Virus record (IMG/VR): IMGVR_UViG_3300001682_000633
Length of the DNA stretch: 64,000 bases
From: a virus
Reading direction: 5' to 3' (one strand)
Shown: positions 1 to 10,314 of the stretch, piece after piece
Numbering within the stretch: position 1 is the first letter of the stretch
Layout: each line of letters begins with the position of its first letter
Notes under the pieces: generated by a model
Told to the model about the DNA's origin: nothing
Database searches by the model: none
Seen by the model: the letters and a program-made list of their open reading frames with translations, nothing else
Position numbers and translations under genes: made by a program

Positions 1-18
1 AAAGATTCCGACTGTGAT

Positions 19-381
19 GTGCGGAGTGCGGCTATGAAGCTGTATGAAGAAAGAAGCATTCCTGTGCCTGTTATCCGTACAATCGAGCCGCCAGATTTTG
101 TTTATAAGAAGTGTGTAGCAAGTGTGATTGTCGTGGCAGAGATTCCAAAAGATGCTCAAGTTCGAGGTAAATATGGGCATAAGTGCCGTGCAAGCAAGGC
201 TATCATCAAAGAAATTATTGGTGATTTTTGTGGGGAGAAGGTCGGTATTTCTGTCTTTGACAAAACGACTGCATACTATGTCGGTGACGAAATCGTTATT
301 GACGATTTCGATTTGAGTGACGAAGAGTGTTCCACTGGATTCCACTTCTTCTGTACGAAAGCGGAAGCAGACAGATATTGA
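19..381 (+). CDS. Phage protein with DUF5758-like domain (may begin before the window)
   Basis: ORF ends in ...KCRASKA...ECSTGFHFF, the motif set of this family. Confidence 0.55.
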   Translation: MRSAAMKLYEERSIPVPVIRTIEPPDFVYKKCVASVIVVAEIPKDAQVRGKYGHKCRASKAIIKEIIGDFCGEKVGISVFDKTTAYYVGDEIVIDDFDLSDEECSTGFHFFCTKAEADRY

Positions 382-507
382 TTAGAGCAAGTAGAACATC
401 CAAGCGGCAACAGTGTGTTCTGTTGCCGCTTGGATGTTCTGAATTTCCTGGGTTTATAGTTAGCAAAATTACAGAACGGTTTGTAAATACAGTGTGTAGG
501 TGAGTAT

Positions 508-804
508 ATGAAACACATAAGCCAAAAGCGACGGCTGATGGTCGTTAAATATCAGAACCAGAGAGATGTTGACCGGCTGGATACCTGTTTGAAAATGTGC
601 TGTCTCCCTCATGTAATTTTCAAAGAGTATGAATTTGTCGGTGGCGGCGCTCTTTGGAAAATCTACATTGATCGTGGGAGCCTCACTTGGAAACAAGTCA
701 TGACTGAGGTTAACAGAGTTCGTGCTGTCAAATTCGAGTTCATTAACGACGGTTCGTACATTCAAGATGGAATGCTCTGTATTCCCCTATTTATACAAAA
801 GTGA
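508..804 (+). CDS. Hypothetical protein
   Basis: 98-aa ORF with AGGTGA RBS, in a co-directional gene chain. Confidence 0.65.
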   Translation: MKHISQKRRLMVVKYQNQRDVDRLDTCLKMCCLPHVIFKEYEFVGGGALWKIYIDRGSLTWKQVMTEVNRVRAVKFEFINDGSYIQDGMLCIPLFIQK

Positions 805-807
805 GGT

Positions 808-1107
808 GTGTTTATGTTACAGCCTGGACGTTATAAATCCGAGCATGATGGTAATGTTTTCCAAACCTATCGGTATGTCATGGAAGTCAAGGAAACCGCG
901 AAGTCCTATATCTTCAAGCTGCTGGAAGTTGAGAACCGATACGCCGATGACCATATCGAAATTATGTTTGGCGGCAAGAAGCGGATTGTTCTTCCCAAGG
1001 ATAAGCCTTGCCGTCATGCAATGCGAGTGTGGAGCGACCACGACTTCACGATTTATCCCTTCCAGGCCGGCATCCCGTTCTACTTTGTGAAGGAGGATGT
1101 GGCATGA
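808..1107 (+). CDS. Hypothetical protein
   Basis: 99-aa ORF; stop overlaps next start (ATGA). Confidence 0.65.
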   Translation: MFMLQPGRYKSEHDGNVFQTYRYVMEVKETAKSYIFKLLEVENRYADDHIEIMFGGKKRIVLPKDKPCRHAMRVWSDHDFTIYPFQAGIPFYFVKEDVA

Positions 1108-1457
1108 AAATCCCCAAGTATGTTCGTGAGCTGGTGGAGCTGGGGCGGTTACGTCCCGCTCCTTTGGATGAGCAAGCTAATTCGATTGGTGCGGGCCAAG
1201 GCGTATATGGATATATGTTCCGAATTTATCGGAAGAGCAACGGCCAATACAGCGGAGTGTTTGTTGCCGAGGTGGAACGTATAACAGCCTGGGCGCGACG
1301 GGAGTACGCGGAATCCAACATTCATACATACCGCTGGTACACTGATAAAGAGCACCGTAAACCTTACTATAAACGGGATTATGCACTGGTGACGATCACT
1401 GACCCAGTTGCACAGCAGCTGGAAAAGTTGATTGCTTTGGTTAACAAGAAACACTAA
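1104..1457 (+). CDS. Hypothetical protein
   Basis: AGGAGG RBS then ATG at 1104 (MKIPKYVREL...). Confidence 0.65.
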   Translation: MKIPKYVRELVELGRLRPAPLDEQANSIGAGQGVYGYMFRIYRKSNGQYSGVFVAEVERITAWARREYAESNIHTYRWYTDKEHRKPYYKRDYALVTITDPVAQQLEKLIALVNKKH

Positions 1458-1480
1458 CGGTCTGTAAATGTAGTGAGGAG

Positions 1481-1843
1481 GTGGTCAATGTGTTTCGAGT
1501 TATCATCGCCGGAGGGCGAGGCTTTGATGACTACCAGCTTTTGAAAGCGACCATGGATAAACTGCTTTGCAATATTACGGATGAGATCGCCGTTGTTTGT
1601 GGACAGGCTAAGGGCGCTGATACGCTGGGTGAACAGTATGCCATGGAAAAGGGATACGCCATTGACTATTACCCCGCCCAGTGGAAATTATACGGCAAGC
1701 GAGCTGGATACCTACGCAATGAGCAGATGGCACAGAACGCCGACGCTCTGGCCGCATTCTGGAACGGTGAAAGTCGTGGCACCAAGCACATGATCGAGCT
1801 TGCCAAGAGGTACGGTTTGAAAGTGCGGGTCAAGCGATATTAA
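1481..1843 (+). CDS. SLOG-superfamily protein (DUF2493/YspA-like)
   Basis: VIIAGGRGFDDY, GQAKGAD, AGYLRNEQM and AFWNGESRGTKHMI motifs. Confidence 0.8.
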   Translation: MVNVFRVIIAGGRGFDDYQLLKATMDKLLCNITDEIAVVCGQAKGADTLGEQYAMEKGYAIDYYPAQWKLYGKRAGYLRNEQMAQNADALAAFWNGESRGTKHMIELAKRYGLKVRVKRY

Positions 1844-1858
1844 GGAGACAGAGATATT

Positions 1859-2047
1859 ATGATGAGAGTTGTTTTTTATGATTTACGGCGAGAGACTTTC
1901 ACATCCGTTGGGGGTGTTATCCAGATTGACGCTCAGTGTTCCAAGATCAACGGGCGTTACACGAATGTCTGGATGCTGGTACTCCGTGATGGCTCTTGCC
2001 GCTCTTTCCCTCAGAGGCATTATACCATTCACCGTGTAGAGATTTGA
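1859..2047 (+). CDS. Hypothetical protein
   Basis: 62-aa ORF, AAGGAG RBS. Confidence 0.55.
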   Translation: MMRVVFYDLRRETFTSVGGVIQIDAQCSKINGRYTNVWMLVLRDGSCRSFPQRHYTIHRVEI

Positions 2048-2059
2048 CAGGAGGTACTT

Positions 2060-2476
2060 ATGAGCAGCAAAAAGTTTACTGCCAGACTTCGCACTGAACG
2101 TGATCTCAGCGATGGCGAGGGACACGTTCAGGTTTATGAGGTGGGGCGCTATCTGGTGATTATTCGTGGAGATCGAAAATCTACCGGCCAGCGTCTTCAT
2201 GTCGAGATTCATTATGGAGATAACCATGATGAGCGTGTTGAAAAGGAGGGGTCGTATCTCCCCTATCTATATACCCATGGATGCTTCGATGATGATGGGA
2301 ACGCCTGCTGTGTAGACATCAGAGTAAGCACTACATCTTACGGCACCCTTTCCCTCGATAAGATGGAGCGCTTCATGCAGGAAATGCAGGAGGGTGTCGA
2401 TACCGCCAAGTACATCGGCGAGACATTTATCAAGCCGATGGTGGAAGGGAAATGGAATTGGGAGGTAACAGTATGA
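2060..2476 (+). CDS. Hypothetical protein
   Basis: 138-aa ORF, AGGAGG RBS. Confidence 0.7.
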   Translation: MSSKKFTARLRTERDLSDGEGHVQVYEVGRYLVIIRGDRKSTGQRLHVEIHYGDNHDERVEKEGSYLPYLYTHGCFDDDGNACCVDIRVSTTSYGTLSLDKMERFMQEMQEGVDTAKYIGETFIKPMVEGKWNWEVTV

Positions 2477-3042
2477 AGATCATCGTCACGACCCCGACCT
2501 CACAGGACTACAAAAAGTTCAGTTCCGCTGGAATGAACGCCGAGGCGTGTCTGGCAGACCGTGTAAAGCTGATATGCCAGGATGACGCCGGACACGTGGC
2601 AGAGTCCTTCATGAAACAGGATGAGTTCGACCGGCTGGGGCTGGCCTATATCGAACAGCACGCAAAGCTGGAACACTCTGAGGTCTGCGACGAGTGGTTT
2701 ATGAAGTGTTCTCAAAATTCCTGGTACAACGATCTGGAACGCAATCCTGAGAAAGTCATCAAAGTTATGTTCGTCGGCATCGAAGACGGAACAGGCCGAG
2801 AGGTTTACCGAGGTGTCGAGACACAGCGTTATTATCTGCGTGAGGTACACGCCCACCAGCTTTTTGCCAAGTGGTATTTGTGCGGAGAGCGCCGGGTACC
2901 GGAGGATGGTAGAGAGCCAAGACCTAACCTGGTTTTCCAACTGGGAGATCAGACGGAGAAGGTTGTGTATGACGACTGGAACGGCGTTGCTGCCTACAAG
3001 GATCAGTTCAACAAAAACTTCCGAGAAAAGGTTAGCAAATAG
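2473..3042 (+). CDS. Hypothetical protein
   Basis: GGAGG RBS, ATG 2473 overlapping the upstream stop. Confidence 0.7.
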   Translation: MKIIVTTPTSQDYKKFSSAGMNAEACLADRVKLICQDDAGHVAESFMKQDEFDRLGLAYIEQHAKLEHSEVCDEWFMKCSQNSWYNDLERNPEKVIKVMFVGIEDGTGREVYRGVETQRYYLREVHAHQLFAKWYLCGERRVPEDGREPRPNLVFQLGDQTEKVVYDDWNGVAAYKDQFNKNFREKVSK

Positions 3043-3119
3043 TAGTTTCATTCTGAAAATGTAGTGGTCTGGGAGGCTCCACTATAAAAAGCCTCACCCC
3101 ATAAAGTGAGGTGGCTGAT

Positions 3120-3254
3120 ATGGAAATCCTCTTTGGGCTTGTCCTTGTGGCCGTGAAGCTGATTTTGGAACACGTGGCCGTGAGGCACGCCAACAAATAC
3201 TCCGATACCGTTGTTCGTAGATACAACAAAAATGAAAGTGAGGAAGAAAGATGA
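3120..3254 (+). CDS. Small membrane peptide (44 aa)
   Basis: MEILFGLVLVAVKLILEHVAVRHANKYSDTVVRRYNKNESEEER*; GAGGTG RBS; stop overlaps next ATG; below ORF-track cutoff. Confidence 0.5.
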   Translation: MEILFGLVLVAVKLILEHVAVRHANKYSDTVVRRYNKNESEEER

Positions 3255-4207
3255 GTTTGATGGAGAAGTTCTCCGCCGTCGAGATCAAGGCGGACAACAG
3301 AATTTCCGAGGATGACAAGGCGTTTTGTCTCCGCCAGCAGGAAGCCTTTGATAAGGCTGGGCCGGCGCTCCAGAAGGTTGCTGAGGCGATGGCCGCAGCC
3401 AAGGCAGAGCAGGCTGGAATCCTGACCGCAGACGAAGACTTTATCGACCGCTATGTGGGCGATGATTGCAATGTAGACGGTGTTTATGACACCATGAAGA
3501 AGAGAAACCGCACATTCATTTCAACTGTCGTCAATTATTTCAGCCGCAAGTACAGTGTTGAGCTGGACGAGCGCGAGATTGAGGAACATCTCATTCCCAC
3601 TGGCCCGAAGGAGCCGAATTTGCCTTGGGGTGGATACAGGAACATGAGCGAAGATGAGATCGCCTCTTATCGGCAGGAGTTGGACACCTATAAGGTCGAA
3701 AAGGATAAGTTTGAACAGTCCTTGCGCACTCTCCCTCTCCGGTATGAACAGGTCGTGGATGAGATCTTCGTTCAGCTGGGCGGCTTCTCTTTCCAGGAGA
3801 AAGCGATGAACGAATTTCTGTCCCGCACATGGAATTGCTGCCATAGCACATATCGGGACAACGCGGAGGAATTTGAGATCAAAAATGATACGCTCAAATT
3901 GACCGGCTACTGGTGCAGGTGCAAAGATGATAGCTGGCGGAGCTATGATGCGTGGGAGTCTACGGATAGCCTCAAAACCCTCTTAAATGCCCTGGCTTGG
4001 TATGAGTGTAGGCGTATGGATGAAGGAAATCTGTGGTTCCCGGAACTCTTCAGATATGACACTGAGCGGAATTTCTTCGAGACTAACAATATGGAGAAGG
4101 TTAAGAGTATCAAACTCTTCAAGAACGGCAGAGTGGACATCAAGTTCCGCAGCGTCGCCTATGTCCAGGAATTTGTGGAAATCTGTCTGCGGAGAAAAGT
4201 GGCGTAA
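3251..4207 (+). CDS. Hypothetical protein
   Basis: 318-aa ORF, C-terminus IKLFKNGRVDIKF. Confidence 0.75.
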   Translation: MSLMEKFSAVEIKADNRISEDDKAFCLRQQEAFDKAGPALQKVAEAMAAAKAEQAGILTADEDFIDRYVGDDCNVDGVYDTMKKRNRTFISTVVNYFSRKYSVELDEREIEEHLIPTGPKEPNLPWGGYRNMSEDEIASYRQELDTYKVEKDKFEQSLRTLPLRYEQVVDEIFVQLGGFSFQEKAMNEFLSRTWNCCHSTYRDNAEEFEIKNDTLKLTGYWCRCKDDSWRSYDAWESTDSLKTLLNALAWYECRRMDEGNLWFPELFRYDTERNFFETNNMEKVKSIKLFKNGRVDIKFRSVAYVQEFVEICLRRKVA

Positions 4208-4210
4208 GGA

Positions 4211-4789
4211 ATGGAGAAGATCAAAATGACGAAAAAGCAACTGGCGGCATTGAATCGGATTATAGGGCGGGAGCAGACCCGATATGACGAAATCCAGTCG
4301 GAGGCTCTGGCTGGTGTTCATCCCAGCGAGAAGCATTTTGCCATAACAGATGGAACTATGGTGGTGCTGTTTGCGGAACAGCCCGAGGGAATCCCCGTAG
4401 GTGATCGGACAGAAACGTATGATAAATACGTTCAGGACTATCTCAAGGACGCGAACGCTTCGTTGGTTGTTTCGCCGCCCACTGTGGATGATTGCAAAAA
4501 GATCATCCGTGAGTGGAGAGGTATGAAGAATTTGGGGAAGCCTCTTTTCCCGAAGATTACCGTTACCACCAAGGACGAGAACGGCACTTCTATAACGAGT
4601 TACTTCGATGCCTATCGCTATCTGGATATTTTGGAGGCTGTTGGGCCGTATCGTAACATCTATATGGGGAGCAGCGACACAATGCGGACTCCGTATCCGT
4701 GCTTGCTGGTGTGTAAGCGGTACGGACGCGACGAACTGGATGAAGTCAACTGGGACGAGCCGGCATTACTGTTGCCGTGCCGCCCTTAA
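4211..4789 (+). CDS. Hypothetical protein
   Basis: 192-aa ORF in gene chain. Confidence 0.7.
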   Translation: MEKIKMTKKQLAALNRIIGREQTRYDEIQSEALAGVHPSEKHFAITDGTMVVLFAEQPEGIPVGDRTETYDKYVQDYLKDANASLVVSPPTVDDCKKIIREWRGMKNLGKPLFPKITVTTKDENGTSITSYFDAYRYLDILEAVGPYRNIYMGSSDTMRTPYPCLLVCKRYGRDELDEVNWDEPALLLPCRP

Positions 4790-4803
4790 CAGAGGAGGAT
4801 ACT

Positions 4804-5028
4804 ATGAGTTTTGAAGACGCACTTGAAAAGCTCTTGTCTTTGGGCATCTATAAATGTCTCGCAGAACGAGCTTTGAGAACTGTTTGCAAAACAGGAAGAA
4901 GCATGGACGTTATGGTAGGGAACGAGAATTATCGTATCAATGCGGTATATTCGGGTGAGAGACGCGAGGATACGAAATTCTGGGGACTTGCTACAAGCAA
5001 CTATACTTTCGATGTGGGGAGAGTTTGA
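4804..5028 (+). CDS. Hypothetical protein
   Basis: GAGGAGG RBS, ATG 4804. Confidence 0.6.
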   Translation: MSFEDALEKLLSLGIYKCLAERALRTVCKTGRSMDVMVGNENYRINAVYSGERREDTKFWGLATSNYTFDVGRV

Positions 5029-5029
5029 C

Positions 5030-5764
5030 ATGACCAGACGGAAAGTGATTTTCTGGAACGATCTGAATAACAGCTATATCGTTTCCGAGGAATATAACGG
5101 CGACAAGGCTGAAATGGAACGCTTCGGCCTTGGAACCTGCGACCATACTTGGCATGAGTTTATGGAGGCTATGAGCAGTGTGAGCAACCTGGCGGACTTC
5201 CTCAAGGTGATCTCCTACATCACTGCCAGTTACCATGCTACTGTCAATGGCGTGCCTCTCCCGGAGCAGGCCAATAACCTGCCTGGGTCACGGCTGAATG
5301 TCGTCCATAGCCATAAGGAACTGTACAACTTGGTTGGCGATATGGATGAGGTGTGGGAGGTCAAGCGGAATATCCCTGGCGCTCATCTGCTGGACGTGTT
5401 CACCATCGCTCCCAAGCCCAAGCAGGTTTGGGACGGAAAGGAAGTCATAGATGAGGATGACTTCGACTATGCCACCGCAAAGCCCGGTGATTTTGTGACT
5501 CAGGCTGTAGTGGACAATGCAATGGATTGTCTGCCGCCTGTTTGTATGAGTGCCCGGTGCTCCCAGATGGGCGAGCCGTACTCCAGCAAGCTGGATGAAA
5601 AGACCGGCAAATGGCGGGACACCTACGCCACCTTCCGTAAGATAGGCGGAGAATGGCCGAATGGTATTTGGGAATACTGCGGTCACTGCTTCCGGGGCGA
5701 AACGGTGGAACGGGGCAAAGAAATGACTCATATCCAAAATCTTCTCGCTACTATTGAGAGATGA
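5030..5764 (+). CDS. Hypothetical protein
   Basis: ATG 5030 after GGGAG; C-terminal QMGEPY...WEYCGHCF block. Confidence 0.7.
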   Translation: MTRRKVIFWNDLNNSYIVSEEYNGDKAEMERFGLGTCDHTWHEFMEAMSSVSNLADFLKVISYITASYHATVNGVPLPEQANNLPGSRLNVVHSHKELYNLVGDMDEVWEVKRNIPGAHLLDVFTIAPKPKQVWDGKEVIDEDDFDYATAKPGDFVTQAVVDNAMDCLPPVCMSARCSQMGEPYSSKLDEKTGKWRDTYATFRKIGGEWPNGIWEYCGHCFRGETVERGKEMTHIQNLLATIER

Positions 5765-5829
5765 GGTTAGCATCCGTCGTCTCCCGCCTTAATTACAGAC
5801 GGGAGACGAAAATTTTGGAGGTGTTCATT

Positions 5830-6648
5830 TTGAAACGGTTTAAGGTGCAAACCGCAGACGGCCACACTTTGCTACTCTACTATCCCACCCAAGAGAAAGC
5901 CCAAGAGAGCTACCCGGACGCCACAATTACGGAGCATACCGACCAATCTCATGTGGAGTATATTGAGCGGATGCTTGCTGCCGCCGACGATTGTAAAACG
6001 GCGGAACGCAAAGGTTCTGCCGTTTATCTTCTCAGATTTAATACGTCGGCGGGTATCTGCTTGGCGATGCTTTCCAGAGATATCAGCGACGGAATGTGGT
6101 ACGACTTGTGCCAGTATCAATTCTGGAGATCCGGGGCACTGGTCGCTCCAATCACTAAGACCCTATCTAATCCGGCTGCGTTTTGTAAACAGTTTCTTTT
6201 CCCGAAGTCGGAATACCAAGTGCTTTGTGCTGGCGGCAAGCTCCCAAAGCCGGAAGAAATCAGAGGCGTTAGGAAATTCGCTTCTGTCCCTTTTGAGGGA
6301 ATATGTCAGTGCCAGCTATTCCTGAAAGGTGACGACTTATATATCAAGCATAACGACTACTTTTCGGAAACGCACTTCACCGGAAAGATTGATCCGCGCA
6401 CCAACATGGAGGAATGGGTACTATATATTTGCCACGCATGGCTGAGGATTACCAATTTTGTCCCATTGGTAAAACTCCTGAACGACGTGGAAATTTCCGC
6501 CACTGTTTGGCCTATGCTTCGGGACTTCCATCAATGGCCGGCAGGTGAATGCAACATGGAATGGGGCCGCTTTTTGGAGAGCGTAGCGAGGGCTACAAGA
6601 AACTATCTGAGCGAAGAGGAGGCAGGTTATGGAACAGAGAACCTGTAA
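5830..6648 (+). CDS. Hypothetical protein
   Basis: GGAGGTG RBS, TTG start at 5830. Confidence 0.7.
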   Translation: MKRFKVQTADGHTLLLYYPTQEKAQESYPDATITEHTDQSHVEYIERMLAAADDCKTAERKGSAVYLLRFNTSAGICLAMLSRDISDGMWYDLCQYQFWRSGALVAPITKTLSNPAAFCKQFLFPKSEYQVLCAGGKLPKPEEIRGVRKFASVPFEGICQCQLFLKGDDLYIKHNDYFSETHFTGKIDPRTNMEEWVLYICHAWLRITNFVPLVKLLNDVEISATVWPMLRDFHQWPAGECNMEWGRFLESVARATRNYLSEEEAGYGTENL

Positions 6649-7117
6649 TATCATCATGTGCTGCAAGGGGCATTGCAAGCTCGCGGGTGAAAATGCTCCG
6701 CCGTTGGAGGCTATCGCTGCATACATGAGCGCTGAGTGCGCTTGTCCGAAGGAAGACTACACCGGAAAGCTGATGGAGACGATTTTGAGAGAGGCGCTGT
6801 TTGATTATATGGCAGGCGCGGACAAGCCTGGATATGAGCTGCGCCAGCTTCTTCAGCAATATGCCACACATGACCCTGATCTTTCGGAGCGTATCTACAC
6901 CCTATTCCAGTTAGCCCAAGTGAGAGATGATAACGGGTATGTCAATGGGTTTACGGATGAACTGCTCCGGCAAAGTGAGATTGATCTTGGAACCTCCAGA
7001 GACAGTATGCCCTGTCTTTTGGATGAAAAGAAGATCGTTAACTATCCTTGTTCTCGCGCCTGCCCGCTTTTTGGAGACTGCGTTACAAAGTGGTACCAGG
7101 TAAGAAAAAGAGCCTGA
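6629..7117 (+). CDS. Hypothetical Cys-rich protein
   Basis: 162-aa ORF, GGAGG RBS. Confidence 0.65.
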   Translation: MEQRTCNIIMCCKGHCKLAGENAPPLEAIAAYMSAECACPKEDYTGKLMETILREALFDYMAGADKPGYELRQLLQQYATHDPDLSERIYTLFQLAQVRDDNGYVNGFTDELLRQSEIDLGTSRDSMPCLLDEKKIVNYPCSRACPLFGDCVTKWYQVRKRA

Positions 7118-7230
7118 CCGGTTAGCAAGTCCCCTTTTCTTTCTGTAATAGAAGTGAGGGGCGCGGTTCTGAGAGGACTCCGCACAAAAGCCTCTCTCCA
7201 AAAAAAAGGAAAGATAGAGCAGGTGAAAGA

Positions 7231-10200
7231 ATGAAGTATCAATACCTTAACGAACCGATCCCCCAGGAAGCCCGACAGGAGCTGAATGATAAGATCCTCT
7301 ATTTGGTGGATCAGGATTTGGCCGAACAGTCTGGGATCTCCCGTGAGGATATCTATAATGCCTATACCGGAGACGGTGGATTGCATGGCCTGAAACGCTC
7401 CGACTTTGCCAACTATCATGAGTATGCGGAGGCTAAGAAGGAGATCGAGAACGGTCAGTTCTTTACGCCTCCCGCTCTTTGCCAGTTTATCATGGAGGCG
7501 CTGTCCCCTGCTATGGACGAAACGGTAGCAGACCTCACCTCTGGCATCGCCAACTTCTGTAACTTCATGCCGTTGGAGGCAAACTTCTACGGCTGTGAGT
7601 TGGATATCAAGTCCCACAAAGTAGCGCACTATCTTTACCCCGCCGCTAATCTGGAACACCGTGATATCCGTTTCTATCAGCCGGATATGCGGTTTGACTA
7701 TGTGGTGGGCAATCCTCCGTTTAATCTGAAATGGGAGACGGAGGATGGCGAGATCATCTCTCAGATGTACTACTGTTTGAAAGCGGCAAATCTGCTGAAG
7801 CCTCTGGGTATTATGGCGATCGTGGTGCCGGCGTCTTTCTTGGCTGACGAATATTTGGACGGCGCGAAAATTTCCGAACTGGCAAAAGATTTCTCTTTCC
7901 TGGGTCAGGTCTCCATCCAGAAGGATGCGTTCAAATCTCTTGGCGTGGATAGCTACGCTACCAAGATACTCTTTTGGCAGAAGAAGCTGGACGCTACCGA
8001 CAAGGGAGAACCTTATGCTCTGAACAGCGCCAACTGGTTCAATCTGACCGACATGAATAATACGGCAGGACTGCTTGAGATCGTCCGTAAGGAAATCGTT
8101 GCCCCGGCCAGAGAGCGGATGCGGAGCAATAGCGCCCGCGTTAAGCTGGCGTCGATGGGCGGAAGCGATAATGCGTTCGAGTATGAAGTGCGGAAGCTGA
8201 TGTTCCATATCAAGTCCAACCCCAAACTGATAGATAAATATGCCAAGTGTCAGGAATACCTCTACAAGTTCCGCCATCAGGAACAGCCCAAGGACATGAA
8301 GTATGAGGAATGGGCGAAAATCCGTATTACGGAAGCTAAGGTACTGGCCTATCTTCGTCGTGTTATCAAGTCTCAGCATAAGAAGCCCAGCCAGGATGTG
8401 GTGCGGCTGGTCAAGCAGGATGGTGGCCTGATTTACAAAGGGTACAGCAAAAAGGCGCGGAACAGCATGAGCGACGGTATGAAGCAGCTCGTCCCCTTCT
8501 ATGCCCTTGCCTCTGGACAAGCGGATGATGCAGGTCTTGAGCAGTATGCCCGCCTTATTCGTCGTAAGCAGCGCGACTATGAGCGAGAGACGAAACCCTT
8601 TGCCGAGATGGAACAGGACGCCGGGATCGCTCAGTTCCTGGATGACTTCACCGTTTACGACAATGAGAACGAAGAGTGGATTCATCTTAACGGCACCCAG
8701 AAGCACGACCTGAACCTTGTTCTTCAGAAACACTATCATCTGTTGCAGTGGGAACAGGGCGGTGGCAAGACGCTGGCCGGCATCTCCACAGGCCGGTATC
8801 GGATGGAGCGTCAGGGCGCTCGTAACGTTTGGGTAGTGTCCACTGCTATCTCCATCAAGAACAACTGGGATCTGGTGTTCAAAAACTATGGCATGACCAA
8901 CTACCGGATGATAAAGTGCCTCGCCGACCTCGACAAAGTACAGGATGGGGAGTTCGTTATCATCACCCTGAATATGCTTACTAAGTACCGTAAGCAGATC
9001 AAGCGCCATATCAAAATGCGGAACCAGAACGTGTGCTTGGTATTCGATGAGTCCGACGAGATGACCAACCCGGATAGCAAGCGCACAAAAGCTGTGTTGG
9101 ATTGTTTTCGGAGAGTGCGGTTTAAGCTGGAAATGACCGGTACTGTCACCCGGAACAATATCTCTGAGTGTGCGCCTCAGCTTGAGCTGCTTTATAACAA
9201 CTCTTACAATATGCTCTCCTGGGCAGAAGACCTGTATTGCTATGAGAAGGATGACGGCGAGGAATATCTGAACTGTTCAAGTAATCCTTACTACGGTCAG
9301 CCCTTCCCTGCTTATAAAGCTGGATACAGTCTGTTCGCTGAATCCCATCTGCCTGAGCGGATCACCGTTTTTGGAGTGGGTAAGAAAACTCAGGATATTT
9401 ACAACGCGGATGTTCTGAACAAGCTCCTCTCTTACTCGGTCATCACCCGGACTTTCGCGGAGATCACCGGAAAAGAGATACGGAGACTTCATCAAACCCC
9501 AGTTTCATTCGCTCCTGCAGAGCGTGAAGTCTATCAAAAGGCCATGGAAGAGTTCTTCTCTATGCGCCAGCGGTACTTCGCTCTTACCGGGAACAGCCGC
9601 AAGGATAGTATGATGGCGCTGATCCAGCAGATCACTCTGCTGCTCCGTATTTCTGCTGCACCCAATACTGTGGAAGAATACGACAGCCCGAATACGCCGG
9701 TCAAAATTCGGAAGGTCTGTGACATGGTAGGCGAATGGAAGGATGAGATTGTGGTTATTGGTGTCCGCCATAAGAACGTGGTGGAAGCATACGCCAATGA
9801 AATCCGCAGAAGATTCCCGGATCGGAAGCTGTTTGTCGTAACCGGCTCTACCACCACTCTGGCCGGACGCCGGAAGCTGAAAAACACTCTGAAAGAAAGC
9901 GGGAACGGCATTCTCCTTTGTACCCAGCAGTGCCTCCCCTCCTCTGTCAACTTTGAGTTCGTCAACAAAGTTATCATCCCGGAACTGCATTACAACAATG
10001 CGCGGATGAGCCAGTTCTATATGCGGTTTGTTCGCTTTACCTCTACGGACTGGAAAGACATCTACTTTGTTACTTATTCTGGAAGCATTGAGTCCAACCA
10101 GATGCAAATGGTGCTCGCCAAGGAAAAGCTGAACCTTTTCATGAAGGGGCAGGACGTAGATCTGGATGAGGTGTACGACCGCTTTGGCGTGGATTATGAC

Positions 10201-10281
10201 CTGATGAGCCTGCTGATGTCTCGTGAGGCAGACGAGGACGGAAACTTCAAAATCTCTTGGGGAGAGCAGAAGATTAGCTAA
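7231..10281 (+). CDS. N6-adenine DNA methylase fused to SF2/SNF2-type helicase (DarB-like)
   Basis: GQFFTP and VVGNPPF methylase motifs; QGGGKT (Walker A), FDESD (Walker B), MTGT and YMRFVR helicase motifs; 1016 aa. Confidence 0.8.
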   Translation: MKYQYLNEPIPQEARQELNDKILYLVDQDLAEQSGISREDIYNAYTGDGGLHGLKRSDFANYHEYAEAKKEIENGQFFTPPALCQFIMEALSPAMDETVADLTSGIANFCNFMPLEANFYGCELDIKSHKVAHYLYPAANLEHRDIRFYQPDMRFDYVVGNPPFNLKWETEDGEIISQMYYCLKAANLLKPLGIMAIVVPASFLADEYLDGAKISELAKDFSFLGQVSIQKDAFKSLGVDSYATKILFWQKKLDATDKGEPYALNSANWFNLTDMNNTAGLLEIVRKEIVAPARERMRSNSARVKLASMGGSDNAFEYEVRKLMFHIKSNPKLIDKYAKCQEYLYKFRHQEQPKDMKYEEWAKIRITEAKVLAYLRRVIKSQHKKPSQDVVRLVKQDGGLIYKGYSKKARNSMSDGMKQLVPFYALASGQADDAGLEQYARLIRRKQRDYERETKPFAEMEQDAGIAQFLDDFTVYDNENEEWIHLNGTQKHDLNLVLQKHYHLLQWEQGGGKTLAGISTGRYRMERQGARNVWVVSTAISIKNNWDLVFKNYGMTNYRMIKCLADLDKVQDGEFVIITLNMLTKYRKQIKRHIKMRNQNVCLVFDESDEMTNPDSKRTKAVLDCFRRVRFKLEMTGTVTRNNISECAPQLELLYNNSYNMLSWAEDLYCYEKDDGEEYLNCSSNPYYGQPFPAYKAGYSLFAESHLPERITVFGVGKKTQDIYNADVLNKLLSYSVITRTFAEITGKEIRRLHQTPVSFAPAEREVYQKAMEEFFSMRQRYFALTGNSRKDSMMALIQQITLLLRISAAPNTVEEYDSPNTPVKIRKVCDMVGEWKDEIVVIGVRHKNVVEAYANEIRRRFPDRKLFVVTGSTTTLAGRRKLKNTLKESGNGILLCTQQCLPSSVNFEFVNKVIIPELHYNNARMSQFYMRFVRFTSTDWKDIYFVTYSGSIESNQMQMVLAKEKLNLFMKGQDVDLDEVYDRFGVDYDLMSLLMSREADEDGNFKISWGEQKIS

Positions 10282-10287
10282 CAATAA

Positions 10288-10311
10288 AACCGCCCTCTTC
10301 GGAGGGCGGTT
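10288..10311. terminator. Bidirectional intrinsic terminator
   Basis: AACCGCCCTC-TTCG-GAGGGCGGTT perfect hairpin between convergent genes. Confidence 0.8.
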
Positions 10312-10314
10312 CAT

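Noticed and set aside
7042..9009. Long minus-strand ORFs (also 15988-17052, 18673-20148, 38895-40748, 45908-47551)
   Set aside because: Antisense shadows of well-supported + strand genes, with no recognisable motifs
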